Assembly: GCA_002269645.1 (NCBI GenBank)
Contig: NIVC01001253.1
Span: 62,001 to 126,000 of the forward strand
DNA: 64,000 nucleotides
Reading direction: 5' to 3'
Origin: Macrostomum lignano
Taxonomy: Eukaryota
Made by a program: the position numbers and the translations under genes
Notes under the pieces: model-generated
The model's database searches: none
The model's input: only the letters and a program-made list of their open reading frames with translations
What the model was told of the DNA's origin: nothing
Shown here: piece after piece, positions 22,860 through 35,215 of the stretch
Layout: every line of letters starts with the position of its first letter
Position numbering within the stretch: the first letter of the stretch is position 1

Positions 22860-25800
22860 CCACGGCGGAGACCTCACCCCGACGCTCTAGAACTTGGTCA
22901 TGAACGCCATTCTGGGCGATCCACGACCCGACCCCGTCTTCAACGTCGGGTATGCACTGGACCAACCGCCCACCCGGACCGCCTCAGGGGCGGCGGCCAA
23001 GCTCGCTAACACCATACTTCGCATGGCGAACAGGGCGATCTCCAAAGGCGCCAGGCGCGCCCCGATCGCTTGGTGGAGCCCCGAAGTCGAATCTGCCTGC
23101 AATGTTCGGCGCGAAGGACTAGAAAAGCTCAGGGCGGACCCAAACAACGAGACGCTTGCTGTGGCTTTCCAGACTGTGGCACTCACCGCAACCGAGGCCA
23201 TCCGTAAGGCTAAAGAATCCCTGTGGCAAGAGTTTCTCAGCGACCATCAGGCAGAACTGAAGTCAGCAGATCTCTGGAGAATCATTCGCACCTTAGACAG
23301 CCGAGCACCGGCATGCCGGCTGTCCGCTGCGATCAAAAGCCTAACCGGAGGCGTTGCCACTTCAGACCGCCAAAAGGCTGACCTCTTCTGCAAGAGTACA
23401 CAACAGTCAGCCGTCTGCCCAGGGACAAGCAGCGTGACAAAGCTATCGCCATCAAAGCCAGAGCAGCCCTGGCGGCCCCCTGCAGCTGCCTGGGAGAACA
23501 CACCGGCATCTGCTCCGACTTCTCACCTCAAGACCTGGACAGAGCACTACGTGCCATCCCGGTCCGTTCGACCCCGGATCTCGACGGCGTTTCTAACATC
23601 ATGCTGAAGAACGTCTCCGAGCGCGCTAAGGCCCTCCTCCTGTACACCATCAACCTTTCGTGGAGAAAGGCGAAGGTCTCCGCCGCCTGGCGCCTCGGCA
23701 ATATTCGCCTGATCCCTAAGCCGATAAAAAAATCACCGGACCTCACTGCCAACTTTCGCCCGATCTGCCTTCTTTAATGCGTTGCAAAGATCGCTGAAAG
23801 GATGGTCAACGAACGCCTCACCCACTTCCTAGAAGACGGCTGCTTGATCAACCCAGCCCAGGCCGGTTTCCGTAGGTACCGCTCCACTGAGGAGCAATTC
23901 ACTGCGGTCACGCAGTACATCTTTGACGGCCTGCAGGCGAAGAAGCCAGCCAAGCGCACAGCTCTCCTCCTCGTAGATTTCTCAAGAGCCTACGACCGCG
24001 TGTGGCGAAATGCCCAAACCTTCAAACTTCACCGCAAGAGGGTCCCCACCTGCATGAACCGATGGCTCAAAAGGTTCCTCTCAGACAGACGCGCCCGCGT
24101 CACCTGGAACGGAACCAGAAGCCGGATCCTTATCTTCTCCGATGGCCTCCCTCAAGGCTGGGTCCTCGCCCCGACCCTGTACGTGGATCGTCTACATGGA
24201 CGACCTCCTGGATGGCGCGCCTGAGGACGTCCTGACAATAAATTACGCCGACGACAGCACCTTTGGAGCTCAGGGAACGACCGTCCGCGAGTGCGAGCAA
24301 ACTCTGCAATGCGCGGCTGATTGGCTCCTGTTGTGGTCCCGAACCTGGGAGGTGGAATTCAGCAGGACCAAAGTCGGTTGTCGCGTATTTCTCTCTCGAC
24401 CCGCGTGAGACTAACCGAAAGGTGCAGCCATGAATCATACTCGGCGACTCCCAGGCCCCTTTCGAATTGCATCCAAAACTGCTTGGCGTTCACCTGGATC
24501 CGCAGCTTACATTCCGCCACTATGCCTCTATCCAGCGCAGTAACCTGCAAAGACGCACCAGTGTCCTGAGGTGCCTCACTGGCCGTGACTGGGGCAGGAC
24601 TCGCACACCATCTCACGCCTGTATCGCACCTACGCCGAATCTGCCGTCCTCCATGGCGCGGCAGACTGGCTGAACTTCGCTTCGGACTCATGCCGCCAGG
24701 AGGTGGAGACGGCTCACAATGCGGCCGCCAGGGACATCACTGGCTGCTGCCGGTCCACTACCTATCCTTCACTCCTTCAAGAAGCCAGGCTCCAACCTCT
24801 CACCTCGCATGCTGCGACCGCTGGCGCCACCCTCCTTCACAGGAATCTGAGGCAACGCCAGCCAGCCCCCCCCCCCGCCGCCTCTCCGAGCTTAAAAACG
24901 CTCCGAGACTTCGCGCCCATGGCGTCAACGGCGGCTTCCGCCGGGACAGGCGCTCCGGCGCCAGGACACTGATCCGCCGCGCTGGCATCAAAGACGCGCC
25001 GAGAGAGATGGACAACGCGCTGATCCCGTCCTGGCACGCCGTCTGCCGGGTCACCATCACCTCTGACCTCTGCCGCTCGACGTCCCGCGAGGACCCGCCG
25101 CACATCCGTAAAGCCACCGCCCTTAAACTCTAGCCGCCCTCCCGCAGCCAGAATTACAGCTCTGGACTGACGGCTCTGCGACCGGCGGCACTCTGCGCGG
25201 CGGTGAGGGCGCCGTCTTGATCGTCCCCGGCCACCCACCGCAACGGCTACAGGCCCCGGCAGGCAGCTGCACCTCGTCCTTCAGAGCCGAGGAGTGCGCT
25301 CTTCAGCTGGCCCTCGACATCCTGCCATGGCCGGGCAGCAGCGAGCTCCGCTGCGCCACGGACTCGCAGTCTCTGCTCCGGAGCCTCCTCGCTGGCCCAT
25401 CACCGCACCTCTCGTCATGCTGCAGGGACATCTGGGCTCTGCTCAGGAGAGTCACGTCGGGCCACCACATCCAGTGGGTCCCCGGACACTGCGACGTGCG
25501 GCTCAACGACCTGGCGGACAGCACAGCGTGCGACGCGGCTCGGCTCCCCCAAGCAGTCGCTCCTCTGGACCTCCGCAGCACTCGCTCGGCCATCGCTATG
25601 CTGGCAGCCTCGGACCTCAACCAGGCCTACGACAATGACCAGCATTGCACGACGCATCGCTCTGCCACACAAGGAAGGCCACCGAAACGCCTACGACTGG
25701 GCTTCGGGCGCAAAGCCCAAGTGACCCTGGCCCAGCTTCGCACCGGCTGCTGCCCCCGCCTCCGCAAATGTCGCCACCGCATCGGTCTGGAGCCATCCGC

Positions 25801-25987
25801 GACCTACCCAGCAGGCGGTAAAGCCGAGGAGGACCTTAAACACCTCATGATCCAGTGCCCGGCACACGCAGACATCCGGGAGGACGTCCTTGGATCAAAC
25901 CTGTCGCTGTCCGTCGTCGCGAGGATAGGGGCGCAAATGCGCCCCCCCCCCCGGACTAGCTCTGGCTGAACCACCACCACCACCACG
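22860..25987 (+). mobile_element. 5'-truncated, frameshifted LINE with RT and RNase H (I/Nimb-like clade)
   Basis: Motifs WWSPEV, FRPICLL, QAGFR, VDFSRAYDRV, GLPQG, YADD, KLLGVHLD, RNase H WTDGS...FRAE...TDSQS...WVPGH...NDLAD, C-terminal Cys/His motif, (ACC)n tail at ~25970-25987; several stops/frameshifts; 5' limit uncertain. Confidence 0.9.
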
Positions 25988-26123
25988 TCGGGTATGCTGA
26001 CGACGTTACTGCCATTTTGGCAGGGACCTCACCTACCACGCTCGGAGATCTGATGCAGAGCTTTTTTCCCGCAGAGCAAGAAGCCGGGCTAAGTTAAGCA
26101 AGTCAATGATCCGCAATTGTCCA

Positions 26124-26718
26124 GCGCTGGAGAATCTGGTGTGCGGCTCCGAGGGACAGAGGAAACCACGTGGAATCTCTCAATGTGACCTGGACGAGTG
26201 AGGGCGCAGGGCGCTCGCATGGACGGAGTCTCGTCTCGGCAGTGGGTGGACGACTCCACAAGTCTGGACTTCATGGCGTCCTACACCTGGTTGCTACGCC
26301 TGAAGAGAACCCCACGTAAAGCAGTCTTTCTGGAGCTGAGCAGCTGCATCGGATCCGACAACATACGCGACCACCTACAGGAGTTCTCAGTGATGCACGG
26401 AGTGAACCGCGCCCTCAACCTGAACCCGGGTTACTTAGCCAGATTCCAGACCGGCTCGGTGCTGCCTGCGGACCCGAACGAGTTCTTCATCGCTGGCGTC
26501 TCATTCAGGAGACAGCAGAACCTTACTCTCTTCTTCTATCGAAAAACTTTTTAACAACTTCAACTAATCCGGAGCCTGCGTCCACGTGGGCTTTTGGTAC
26601 AGCGGCAAGTACATGCTGCAAGGCGTGGTCAGAGCCCGTGGCCGTTCTAAATACGAATCTGGCGGAAGAAACCATTAATAAATTTTTCTTTGGAGTTAGA
26701 AGCAGTACAGCTTCATAA
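26124..26718 (+). pseudogene. 5'-truncated, frameshifted paralog of the LamG/ConA-like gene
   Basis: ALENLVCGSEGQR...NVTWTSEGARMDGVSSRQWVDD...QTGSVLPADPNEFF...VHVGFWYSGKYMLQGVVRA...LAEETINKFF; 7-bp duplication AGGGCGC and other indels; no signal peptide/PAN part upstream. Confidence 0.75.
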
Positions 26719-28871
26719 GTTAGCAACGAAAAGTTTTTCAACGCAACTATATTTGGAAAATAGACTGTAGATATAAACAACCAAATATACAAATGTTAAT
26801 TATGAGAAAATACTATTCTGTTCTCATTCTAATTAAAATGTTCCAATTTTTCCATTTTTTCAGTAACTGACGTAACTGATCGGTCCTCAGCCAAGCTTGG
26901 AGATGGCTGGCGGCGAGGTCAATTGCTCTGACGCAGAATGACGCCAATAAATGTTGTCATTTTTTACAATGCTGTATTTTTTGCAAACAGAAATGTCGCT
27001 CCTTTAGCAGCGTAGAGCTTAGCACCATACTGAACTAAATGCTAAAACTGTCTCAAACCCCGGGCCATCAAGGAGACTTGAACAGCAGTTTGTGCTCGTC
27101 CCAGGCCGTTGGAGATTGTCCCGGAGATGGGATTTGGTCGACATCATGGTCTCCTTACTCCCACCAGCCCACCCCGGCAGAGTTCTCGGGGTCTGATGAT
27201 AGGATGGAGGAGTTTTCCTCATCTGCATCTTTGCCCTCAGACTCCACCAGATTGGCCGAGGAGAGCTCAGATTCCAAAGATCCGGCCTCGTTCTCAACTC
27301 CCTTTCCGGTGGGCTCTGGCTCTGCTCCCGGAGCCCGGCCGGAGCAGAGCCACGGTTGCCAAATTGCTTCTAGTATAGCAGAGGGGCGAGGCACAGCATA
27401 GCTTTAAGATGGCTTGCACCTTCCTTCGCCTCAGACTGCACCCCGCGCTCTTGCCGGAGATGCCGGGGTTGGCAGCAGCCTTCCCTTTTCTCGACGCATC
27501 TTGAGCTTGAGCAGCAGCTTCTGAGCATCCTCCTCACTGCCGGGAGGAATGAGAACGAATGTGATTCGCGCATGAGCACCATCCGCTCAAATGCCGATGG
27601 AGATCCCCTCCTCGACAGTCAGCGGCCCAATCAGATAGGAGTCAATAGCCCTCCACACTTTGGAGCTGTGGTGCAGTCCTGGTCACGAACTTTGATCACT
27701 CCATGGATTCTGGCCTTGGTCTCTGACACGAAGATAGCTCTCCAAGTAACCTGTTCCTTGTTGGCAGTGGCCATTTTCTGCACTGTGGTTCCACCTCAGC
27801 AGCCGCAACCAGCACCTCCAGGGAGCGCTGCAAGCTGGAACTGCCGAAAGATTTTATTCATAAATTTCGTTGCACAAATCAGGGTGACCTTTTTGGTTTT
27901 ACTTTTAAAAACTACAGTGACTGTTTAAAAATTTGATTAACTTAATAAAAACTTTTTTAACTAAAACAACTTTTTTTAAAAGTCAAAAAACTTTACAGTC
28001 CTTTTAAGCGTTAATGCTCTTTTGAACAAGAAGTAGGTCTATTTCGTTTTTCTTTACAAAAAAGTTATCGTGTTTTCTAAGAAACAATTTGTGCTCTGCT
28101 ACAAACTACGAGATCGTTTCACGAAGTACCTGGATGCACTCTCTGTCTAGAGCAACGACGGATAATTATCACGTTATAAGAAGCTTAAAGGTCAAAGTGC
28201 GGATCAAGTTGTCAGCGCGTGAAAGTTTTTAGAGGCCTAGTATATAGTTTTAGTGCGAGTTACTAAATTTTTAAGCATAAGCCATAAGCCACAACCAATT
28301 ACAATGTCTATGCCTATGTATATTTACTTCTAGTTTTAACATTGGCATTTTAATGATCACACTCACTAACATTCACAAAGCCAATGGGGTATATGTAGTG
28401 TTCGAACTTCGAATCACCGCCATATACAACATCTATGGCCTATGTAGCAGTAATTTTATTAATTTGTCATATCAGTATTAATAGCTTTAGTTTTATGATA
28501 GTGTAATATACCACTAACAGACTTACAGAGTTGAAATAAATCATAAATCAGATAAATGTAATCTATGTAGAGTCCAGACCAAAGCTAGTATGGTATTATA
28601 TATAAATAAGGGCTATCCTCTAGTTTTGCACATTTAATTATTTTATGCAAAATAATGACTTCCTTTATTCCTTAGTATCAAGTGCCAAGTACCACCTGCT
28701 AGCCAATCAACATTGTTGTGCCACCTGTCCTAGGCAGCCATCCCATAAGGCATAAGTATTATTATATCAGATTTGTTAGAGCCATGATGCTAATTGACTT
28801 TGATTAATAATATTTTAGCAAGAGCAACAATTTTAACAATTGTTAGCTATAGTATAGAAGCTATTAGTAAA

Positions 28872-29160
28872 GGTAATGGCTAGAGTTACGGCACCGGAAC
28901 CCGTTTTCTAACGGCTATGGATCTGGCAGTGCTATTATAATACAGTCGAAACATTATGTTTTTCTTTCTACAGGTGGCTGATGTTGAGATTTTGTTCTAG
29001 ATAAGATTTACAACGATATGATAAAATTCGAAACGAGATGCTTCTGATGTTCAGACTTCTAAAGATATGTTCTTGTCGTTTTTTATATGCTTCTATAAGG
29101 CACTGCCGGATCCATAGCCATTAGAAAATGGGTTCCAGTGCCGGAACTCTAGCCATTGCC
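28872..29160. mobile_element. 289-bp MITE, Mutator/Merlin-like
   Basis: ~65-bp imperfect TIRs starting GG(T/C)AATGGCTAGAGTT; perfect 9-bp TSD ATTAGTAAA (28863-28871, 29161-29169). Confidence 0.85.
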
Positions 29161-29966
29161 ATTAGTAAAAGATAATTAAATAGACTTAATATTTTGGCCA
29201 AATTTTGGTCATTTTAATCTTTGCAATGTAATGTAATTTTTATAATCACTATTTAAAATCTAAAAGCAAAGATATTATATTTCCTATAAAAGGCACCATA
29301 TTATTAGTTAGCTATCTATAAATGTTATCTTTTGTAATATATTTTTTCACATTTTAAGGAAATAATGCAAAGTCATTAAACTAAGTTTTTAAAAACATTC
29401 TTTAGTAGTCAGGGAGAAAACACTCCTTAATCTCCAATTCACTATGCCTTAATGGTTGGTTTTAACTTACATAGACTAGCCGTAGGTTTAAGTTATAGAG
29501 CCTATAAAAAAAATTAAGCTTAAACCAACTCCTTAAAATTTCTAGGGAGACAAATTAAATGGTGATTAAAGCAAGAAATATTTTATAAGTCACTAGTATA
29601 TCAAAATATATATCTGTAGCCCAATCTATTTTCATATCTATATCTATAGATAATTGTGTTAATGTGTTAAATCCAATTGCAACAATTCTTTTTTCATTTA
29701 TTAATGAATCAAAAAGTTTAAGCAATAGTTTAACCTATCAATCATTAACATGTCTCATTTTTATTGTAAAGAAAAGGTTAGGATTAAATTAATTTTAATT
29801 TAAGCCACTACTACCCCAACTATTCAATTTGCATATGGTATGAAAATAGAAAATCACTGTTGCTTAAGTCCTTGACCCCATGGAGTTTAAAGCATCCATA
29901 GGCCCTTACATTAAAAGCAAAATTATTCATTTTAACTTTAGCCCCTAGCACCCTAAGTCTATACAT

Positions 29967-30122
29967 GCGCAACCTTGGGAATCACTTGGCTGTTTCTTTT
30001 GGCAACATACACATGTAGGTCACTATTGGCTGAGAGCAGTCATGTGACTACTATTCTGTCCAATAGCAACTTATGTATGTGTGATGCCAATAGAAATGGC
30101 TAGGTGAATCCCTAGGTTGCGC
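29967..30122. repeat. 156-bp imperfect palindrome (MITE-like hairpin)
   Basis: GCGCAACCTTGGGAATCACTTGGCTGTTTC... pairs with ...GAAATGGCTAGGTGAATCCCTAGGTTGCGC; no TSD identified. Confidence 0.7.
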
Positions 30123-30650
30123 CCAAGCATGCCTAAGTCCCTAATTAGCTTAAATACAATGTACATAAAGCATTGAAAATATTTGTTGCTTAAGCCTCTA
30201 ACCCTAGAATTTAAAAACCTAAATAAAAACTTTAAAACTGATAGTACTCTGTGTCATTTCTTACTGTTATACTCCCTCCTATCTATTTAATCAAGGATCC
30301 CAATGATCTTGTCAAGTCTTTTCTATCATAGGTATTGAGTGGCCAATATTACTAAATATGAAAACTATACATTGGAAATATGCATTTTTATAAACATATC
30401 TATATTTATATGCTTTGTCTAAAAACCTCCATATCTATAGCTTTCCATAGATATATATATCTTTAGCTATAGTAAAACTAATTGCTAATGTAGGTTTTCA
30501 AATTTAAACAATGTTTGTATTATTTAATGCTAGGCTTTGATACAAATATTTTTGATAATGTTTTATAGATTTTGCATTTTTCCTACTTATAGTAGAAAAG
30601 CAGTGCATGAATTTCTGTATTCTATCAAACTCTTCCATGCCAATTCTTGC

Positions 30651-31197
30651 ATGCTTCGATATTTAACTCGCCAGTCAGTTTGGTTGCCATTGCCAAGCTT
30701 CACTCGTGGGATGCTGACTAGCTCCCCATCAGTTGCTATGGCAACCATCTCTATTGACAAGCCGCGCTCTCTAGTAGACGAACGAATCTCGATCCGTGTT
30801 GAAAATCTGCCTAGCAATGCCCCAGTAACACTGCGACTAAATATCAAAGAGAGCTATGGATCGTTCTCGGCATTCGGGCATTACATGTCTGACAGCTCAG
30901 GATGCTTAAGCCCGGACTCTAGCAGCAGCTTAGGCGGCACCTACACAGGTGTGGACAGTATGGGCCTGTTCTGGTCTCTGTTGCAGGATCCGGCTGAGAA
31001 ATCCGGTCTGAGGTTGTTAAGACGCGAAGCTGAAATCCCGCTACGATATCAGTTGACTGCCCTGCCGGGTCACGTGACCTGGGAACAGCTGACTAACCCT
31101 GAAACTGAGATTAAGCCATTTTGTTCGGCTAATCTTGAACGAACTTACCTGGCCGATTCTGTGGAGCGAATACCTGTTAGAGTTGGACGGCTGAGAG
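30651..31197 (+). CDS. ACOT/BAAT-family acyl-CoA thioesterase, exon 1
   Basis: BAAT N-terminal domain (SLVDERISIRVENL...SLGGTYTGVDSMGLFWSL...ERIPVRVGRLR); donor AGAG|GTAAAA, phase 1; second in-frame ATG at 30738. Confidence 0.85.
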
Positions 31198-31289
31198 GTA
31201 AAATATTGCTTCCTGGGGTTTTATAAAAGTTGCTTTTGTGTTGAGCTCTAACCGCTGTTGATTGGAATTAGTCTATGTCCCAATTCCCA

Positions 31290-33130
31290 AATCTCCCAGG
31301 AATCCCACCCTGCTCGAGCCTCACCCGCGCTCAAATCCCACCCCATGCTAAAATACCACCCATGCTCAAATCCCACCCATACTCAAATCCCTCCCCATGC
31401 TCAAATCCCACCCATGCTCAAATCCCACCCATGTTCAAATCCCGCCCATGCTCAAATCCCTCCCATGTTCAAATCCCACCCATCCTCAAATCCCACCCAT
31501 GCTCAAATCCCACCCATGTTCAAATCCCACCCATGCTCAAATCCCATCCATGTTCAAATCCCACCCATCCTCAAATCCCTCCCCTTGCTCAAATCCCACC
31601 CATGCTCAAATCCCTCCCCTTGCTCAAATTCCACCCATGCTCAAATCCCACCCATACTCAAATCCCTCCCCTTGCTCAAATTCCACCCATGCTCAAATCC
31701 CACCCATGTTCAAATCCCGCCCATGCTCAAATCCCTCCCATGTTCAAATCCCACCCATCCTCAAATCCCACCCATGCTCAAATCCAACCCATGTTCAAAT
31801 CCCACCCATGCTCAAATCCAATCCATGTTCAAATCCCACCCATCCTCAAATCCCTCCCCTTGCTCAAATCCCACCCATGCTCAAATCCCTCCCCTTGCTC
31901 AAATTCCACCCATGCTCAAATCCCACCCATGCTCAAATCCCACCCATCCTCAAATCCCACCCATCCTCAAATCCCTCCCCTTGCTCAAATCCCACCCATC
32001 CTCAACTCCCACCCATGCTCAAATCCCACCCATGTTCAAATCCCACCCATGCTCAAATCCCATCCATGTTCAAATCCCACCCATCCTCAAATCCCTCCCC
32101 TTGCTCAAATCCCACCCATGCTCAAATCCCTCCCCTTGCTCAAATTCCACCCATGCTCAAATCCCACCCATGCTCAAATCCCACCCATGTTCAAATCCCA
32201 CCCATCCTCAAATCCCACCCATGTTCAAATCGCACCCATGTTCAAATCCCACCCATCCTCAAATCCCTCCCCTTGATCAAATCCCACCCATGCTCAAATC
32301 CCTCCCCTTGCTCAAATTCCACCCATGCTCAAATCCCACCCATGCTCAAATCCCACCCATCCTCAAATCCCTCCCCTTGCTCAAATCCCACCCATCCTCA
32401 AATCCCACCCATGTTCAAATCGCACCCATGTTCAAATCCCACCCATCCTCAAATCCCTCCCCTTGATCAAATCCCACCCATGCTCAAATCCCACCCATGT
32501 TCAAATCCCACCCATCCTCAAATCCCTCCCCTTGCTCAAATCCCACCCATCCTCAAATCCCACCCATGTTCAAATCGCACCCATGTTCAAATCCCACCCA
32601 TCCTCAAATCCCTCCCCTTGATCAAATCCCACCCATGCTCAAATCCCACCCATGTTCAAATCCCACCCATCCTCAAATCCCTCCCCTTGATCAAATCCCA
32701 CCCATGTTCAAATCCCACCCATGTTCAAATCCCACCCATGCTCAAATCCCACCCATGTTCAAATCCCACCCATGTTCAAATCCCCCCTTGCTCAAATCCC
32801 ACCCATGCTCAAATACTACCCATGCTCAAATCCCACCCATGCTCAAATCCCACCCATGTTCAAATCCCGCCTTGCTCAAATCCCACCCATGCTCAAATAC
32901 TACCCATGCTCAAATCCCACCCATGCTCAAATCCCACCCATGCTCGAATCCCACCCATGCTCAAATACCACCCATGCTCGAATCCCACCCCATTCTCAAA
33001 TCCCACCTCATACTCAAATCCCACCCCATGCTCAAATTCCACCCCATGCTCAAATCCCACCCATGCTCGAATCCCACCCCATTCTCAAATCCCACCTCAT
33101 ACTCAAATCCCACCCCATGCTCAAATTCCA
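31290..33130 (+). repeat. 17-bp minisatellite (CCATGCTCAAATCCCAC)n filling ACOT intron 1
   Basis: Direct reading; runs to the 3' splice site. Confidence 0.95.
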
Positions 33131-33136
33131 CTCCAG

Positions 33137-33509
33137 GCGCACTATTCAAGCCCCGGTCGCAGCGCTCCTGTCCACCGGTGATTGACCTGTTCGGCACCGG
33201 TGGTGGCCTGATGGAGCACCGATCAGCCCTGCTGGCCAAGGAGGGCTTCAGCGTGCTTGCCCTGGCCTACTTCAACTATGAAGACCTGCCCGACACGATT
33301 GTAGAATACGATATGGACTACTTTGAGGAGGCTGTTGACTTTATGCTCGCTTGTCCCTACAGCCGACTGGGTCCCAAAGGTGGAGTTGGCCTGATCGGGG
33401 TCAGCGCTGGAGCAGATATTGTTGCTAATGCTGCCATTCTGTTTGGCGACAAGATCCGAGCGGTGGCCTGGTTGAACGGCACCCCGTGCAGGAACTTCTA
33501 TCAGGCCAG
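33137..33509 (+). CDS. ACOT/BAAT-family thioesterase, exon 2
   Basis: Acceptor CTCCAG|GC; GALFKP...VIDLFGTGGGLMEHRSALLAKEGFSVLALAYF...GLIGVSAGAD (GxSxG nucleophile); donor AG|GTGATG, phase 2. Confidence 0.88.
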
Positions 33510-33639
33510 GTGATGAGCAATTGCTGGCTTCGGGGTTCAGTCAGGGACGCTGTGCGGTACACTCTGTGTGAGCGTGCTCAGGAGGGAAATGAGCGTGACT
33601 GAGCTAGCTAACTAATTAGTCAGTTAAAATAACTGAGTA

Positions 33640-35205
33640 TACAACTAAAATGCCTAAATATCCAACCAAAACTCCTAAATATCCAACTAAAAAAACTGAA
33701 TATCCAACTTAAATAATTACATATCAAACTCAATACGTGAACATTTAACTATAAAAAATAAAGTATCTAGCTGAACTACCTAATTATTCAACTAAAATAC
33801 CTAAATATCCAGCTAAAATACCTAAATATCCAACTAAAAAACCTAAATATCAAACTAAACTACCTAAATATCCAGCTAAAATACCTAAATATCCAGCTAA
33901 AATACCTAAATATCCAACTAAAGTACCTAAATATCCAACTAACTACCTAAATATCCAACTAAAGTACCTAAATATCAAACTAAACTACCTAAATATCCAG
34001 CTAAAATACCTAAATATCCAGCTAAAATACCTAAATATCCAACTAAACTACCTAAATATCCAACTAAACTACCTAAATATCCAACTAAACTACCTAAATA
34101 TCCAACTAAACTACCTAAATATCCAACTAACTACCTAAAAATCCAACTATAAGCTACCTAAATAACCACCTAAACTACCTAAATATCTAACTAAAGTACC
34201 TAAATATCCAACTAAACTACCTAAATATCCAACTAAACTACCTAAATATCCACCTAAAGCACCTAAATATCTAACTAAAGTACCTAAATATCCAACTAAA
34301 CTACCTAAATATTCAACTAAATGACCTAAATATCTAACTAAACTACCTAAATATCCAACTAAACTACCTAAATATCCAACTAAGCTACCTAAATATCTAA
34401 CTGAACTACCTAAACATCCAACCAAATACCTAAATATCCAGCTAAAATACCTAAATATCCAACTAAACTACCTAAATATCCAACTAAACTACCTAAATAT
34501 CCAACAAAACTACCTTAATATCCAACTAACTACCTAAAAATCCAACTATAAGCTACCTAAATAACCACCTAAACTACCTAAATAACCACCTAAACTACCT
34601 AAATATCTAACTAAAGTACCTAAATATCCAACTAAACTACCTAAATATCCAACTAAACTACCTAAATATCCACCTAAAGCACCTAAATATCTAACTAAAG
34701 TACCTAAATATCCAACTAAACTACCTAAATATTCAACTAAATGACCTAAATATCTAACTAAACTACCTAAATATCCAACTAAACTACCTAAATATCCAAC
34801 TAAGCTACCTAAATATCTAACTGAACTACCTAAATATCCAACCAAATACCTAAATATCCATCCAACTAAACTACCTAAATATCCAACTAAACTACCTAAA
34901 TATCCAACTAACTACCTAAAAATCCAACTATAAGCTACCTAAATAACCACCTAAACTACCTAAATGTCTAACTAAAGTACCTAAATATCTAACTAAACTA
35001 CCTAAATATCTAACTAAACTACCTAAATATCCAACTAAACTACCTAAATATCCAACTAAATAGCTGAATATCCAACTCAACTACCTAAATATCCAACTAA
35101 ATGGCTGAATATCCAACTAAACTACCTAAATATCCAACTAAATACCTTAAATATCTAACTAAACTACCTAATTACTCGACTAAATAACTAAATATCCAAT
35201 ACAAC
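33640..35205 (+). repeat. 21-bp minisatellite (AACTAAACTACCTAAATATCC)n filling ACOT intron 2
   Basis: Direct reading; ~400-bp higher-order blocks repeat (~34150, ~34550, ~34930). Confidence 0.95.
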
Positions 35206-35215
35206 TAACCAACAG

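Noticed and set aside
22700-22868. Possible endonuclease remnants (LVPKFNLQ*HFLW; GSHGGDL) or a 9-bp TSD CCACG(G/T)CGG for the LINE
   Set aside because: The two readings conflict and each is too weak; the LINE 5' end is left approximate
31258-33185. Long ORFs of 333-594 aa (and similar ORFs at 35.9-39.1, 42.6-44.1, 46.8-48.5, 50.2-51.3, 52.1-53.2, 54.6-56.2, 59.8-63.0 kb)
   Set aside because: They are translations of stop-free minisatellites, open in several frames at once; several lie inside well-supported introns
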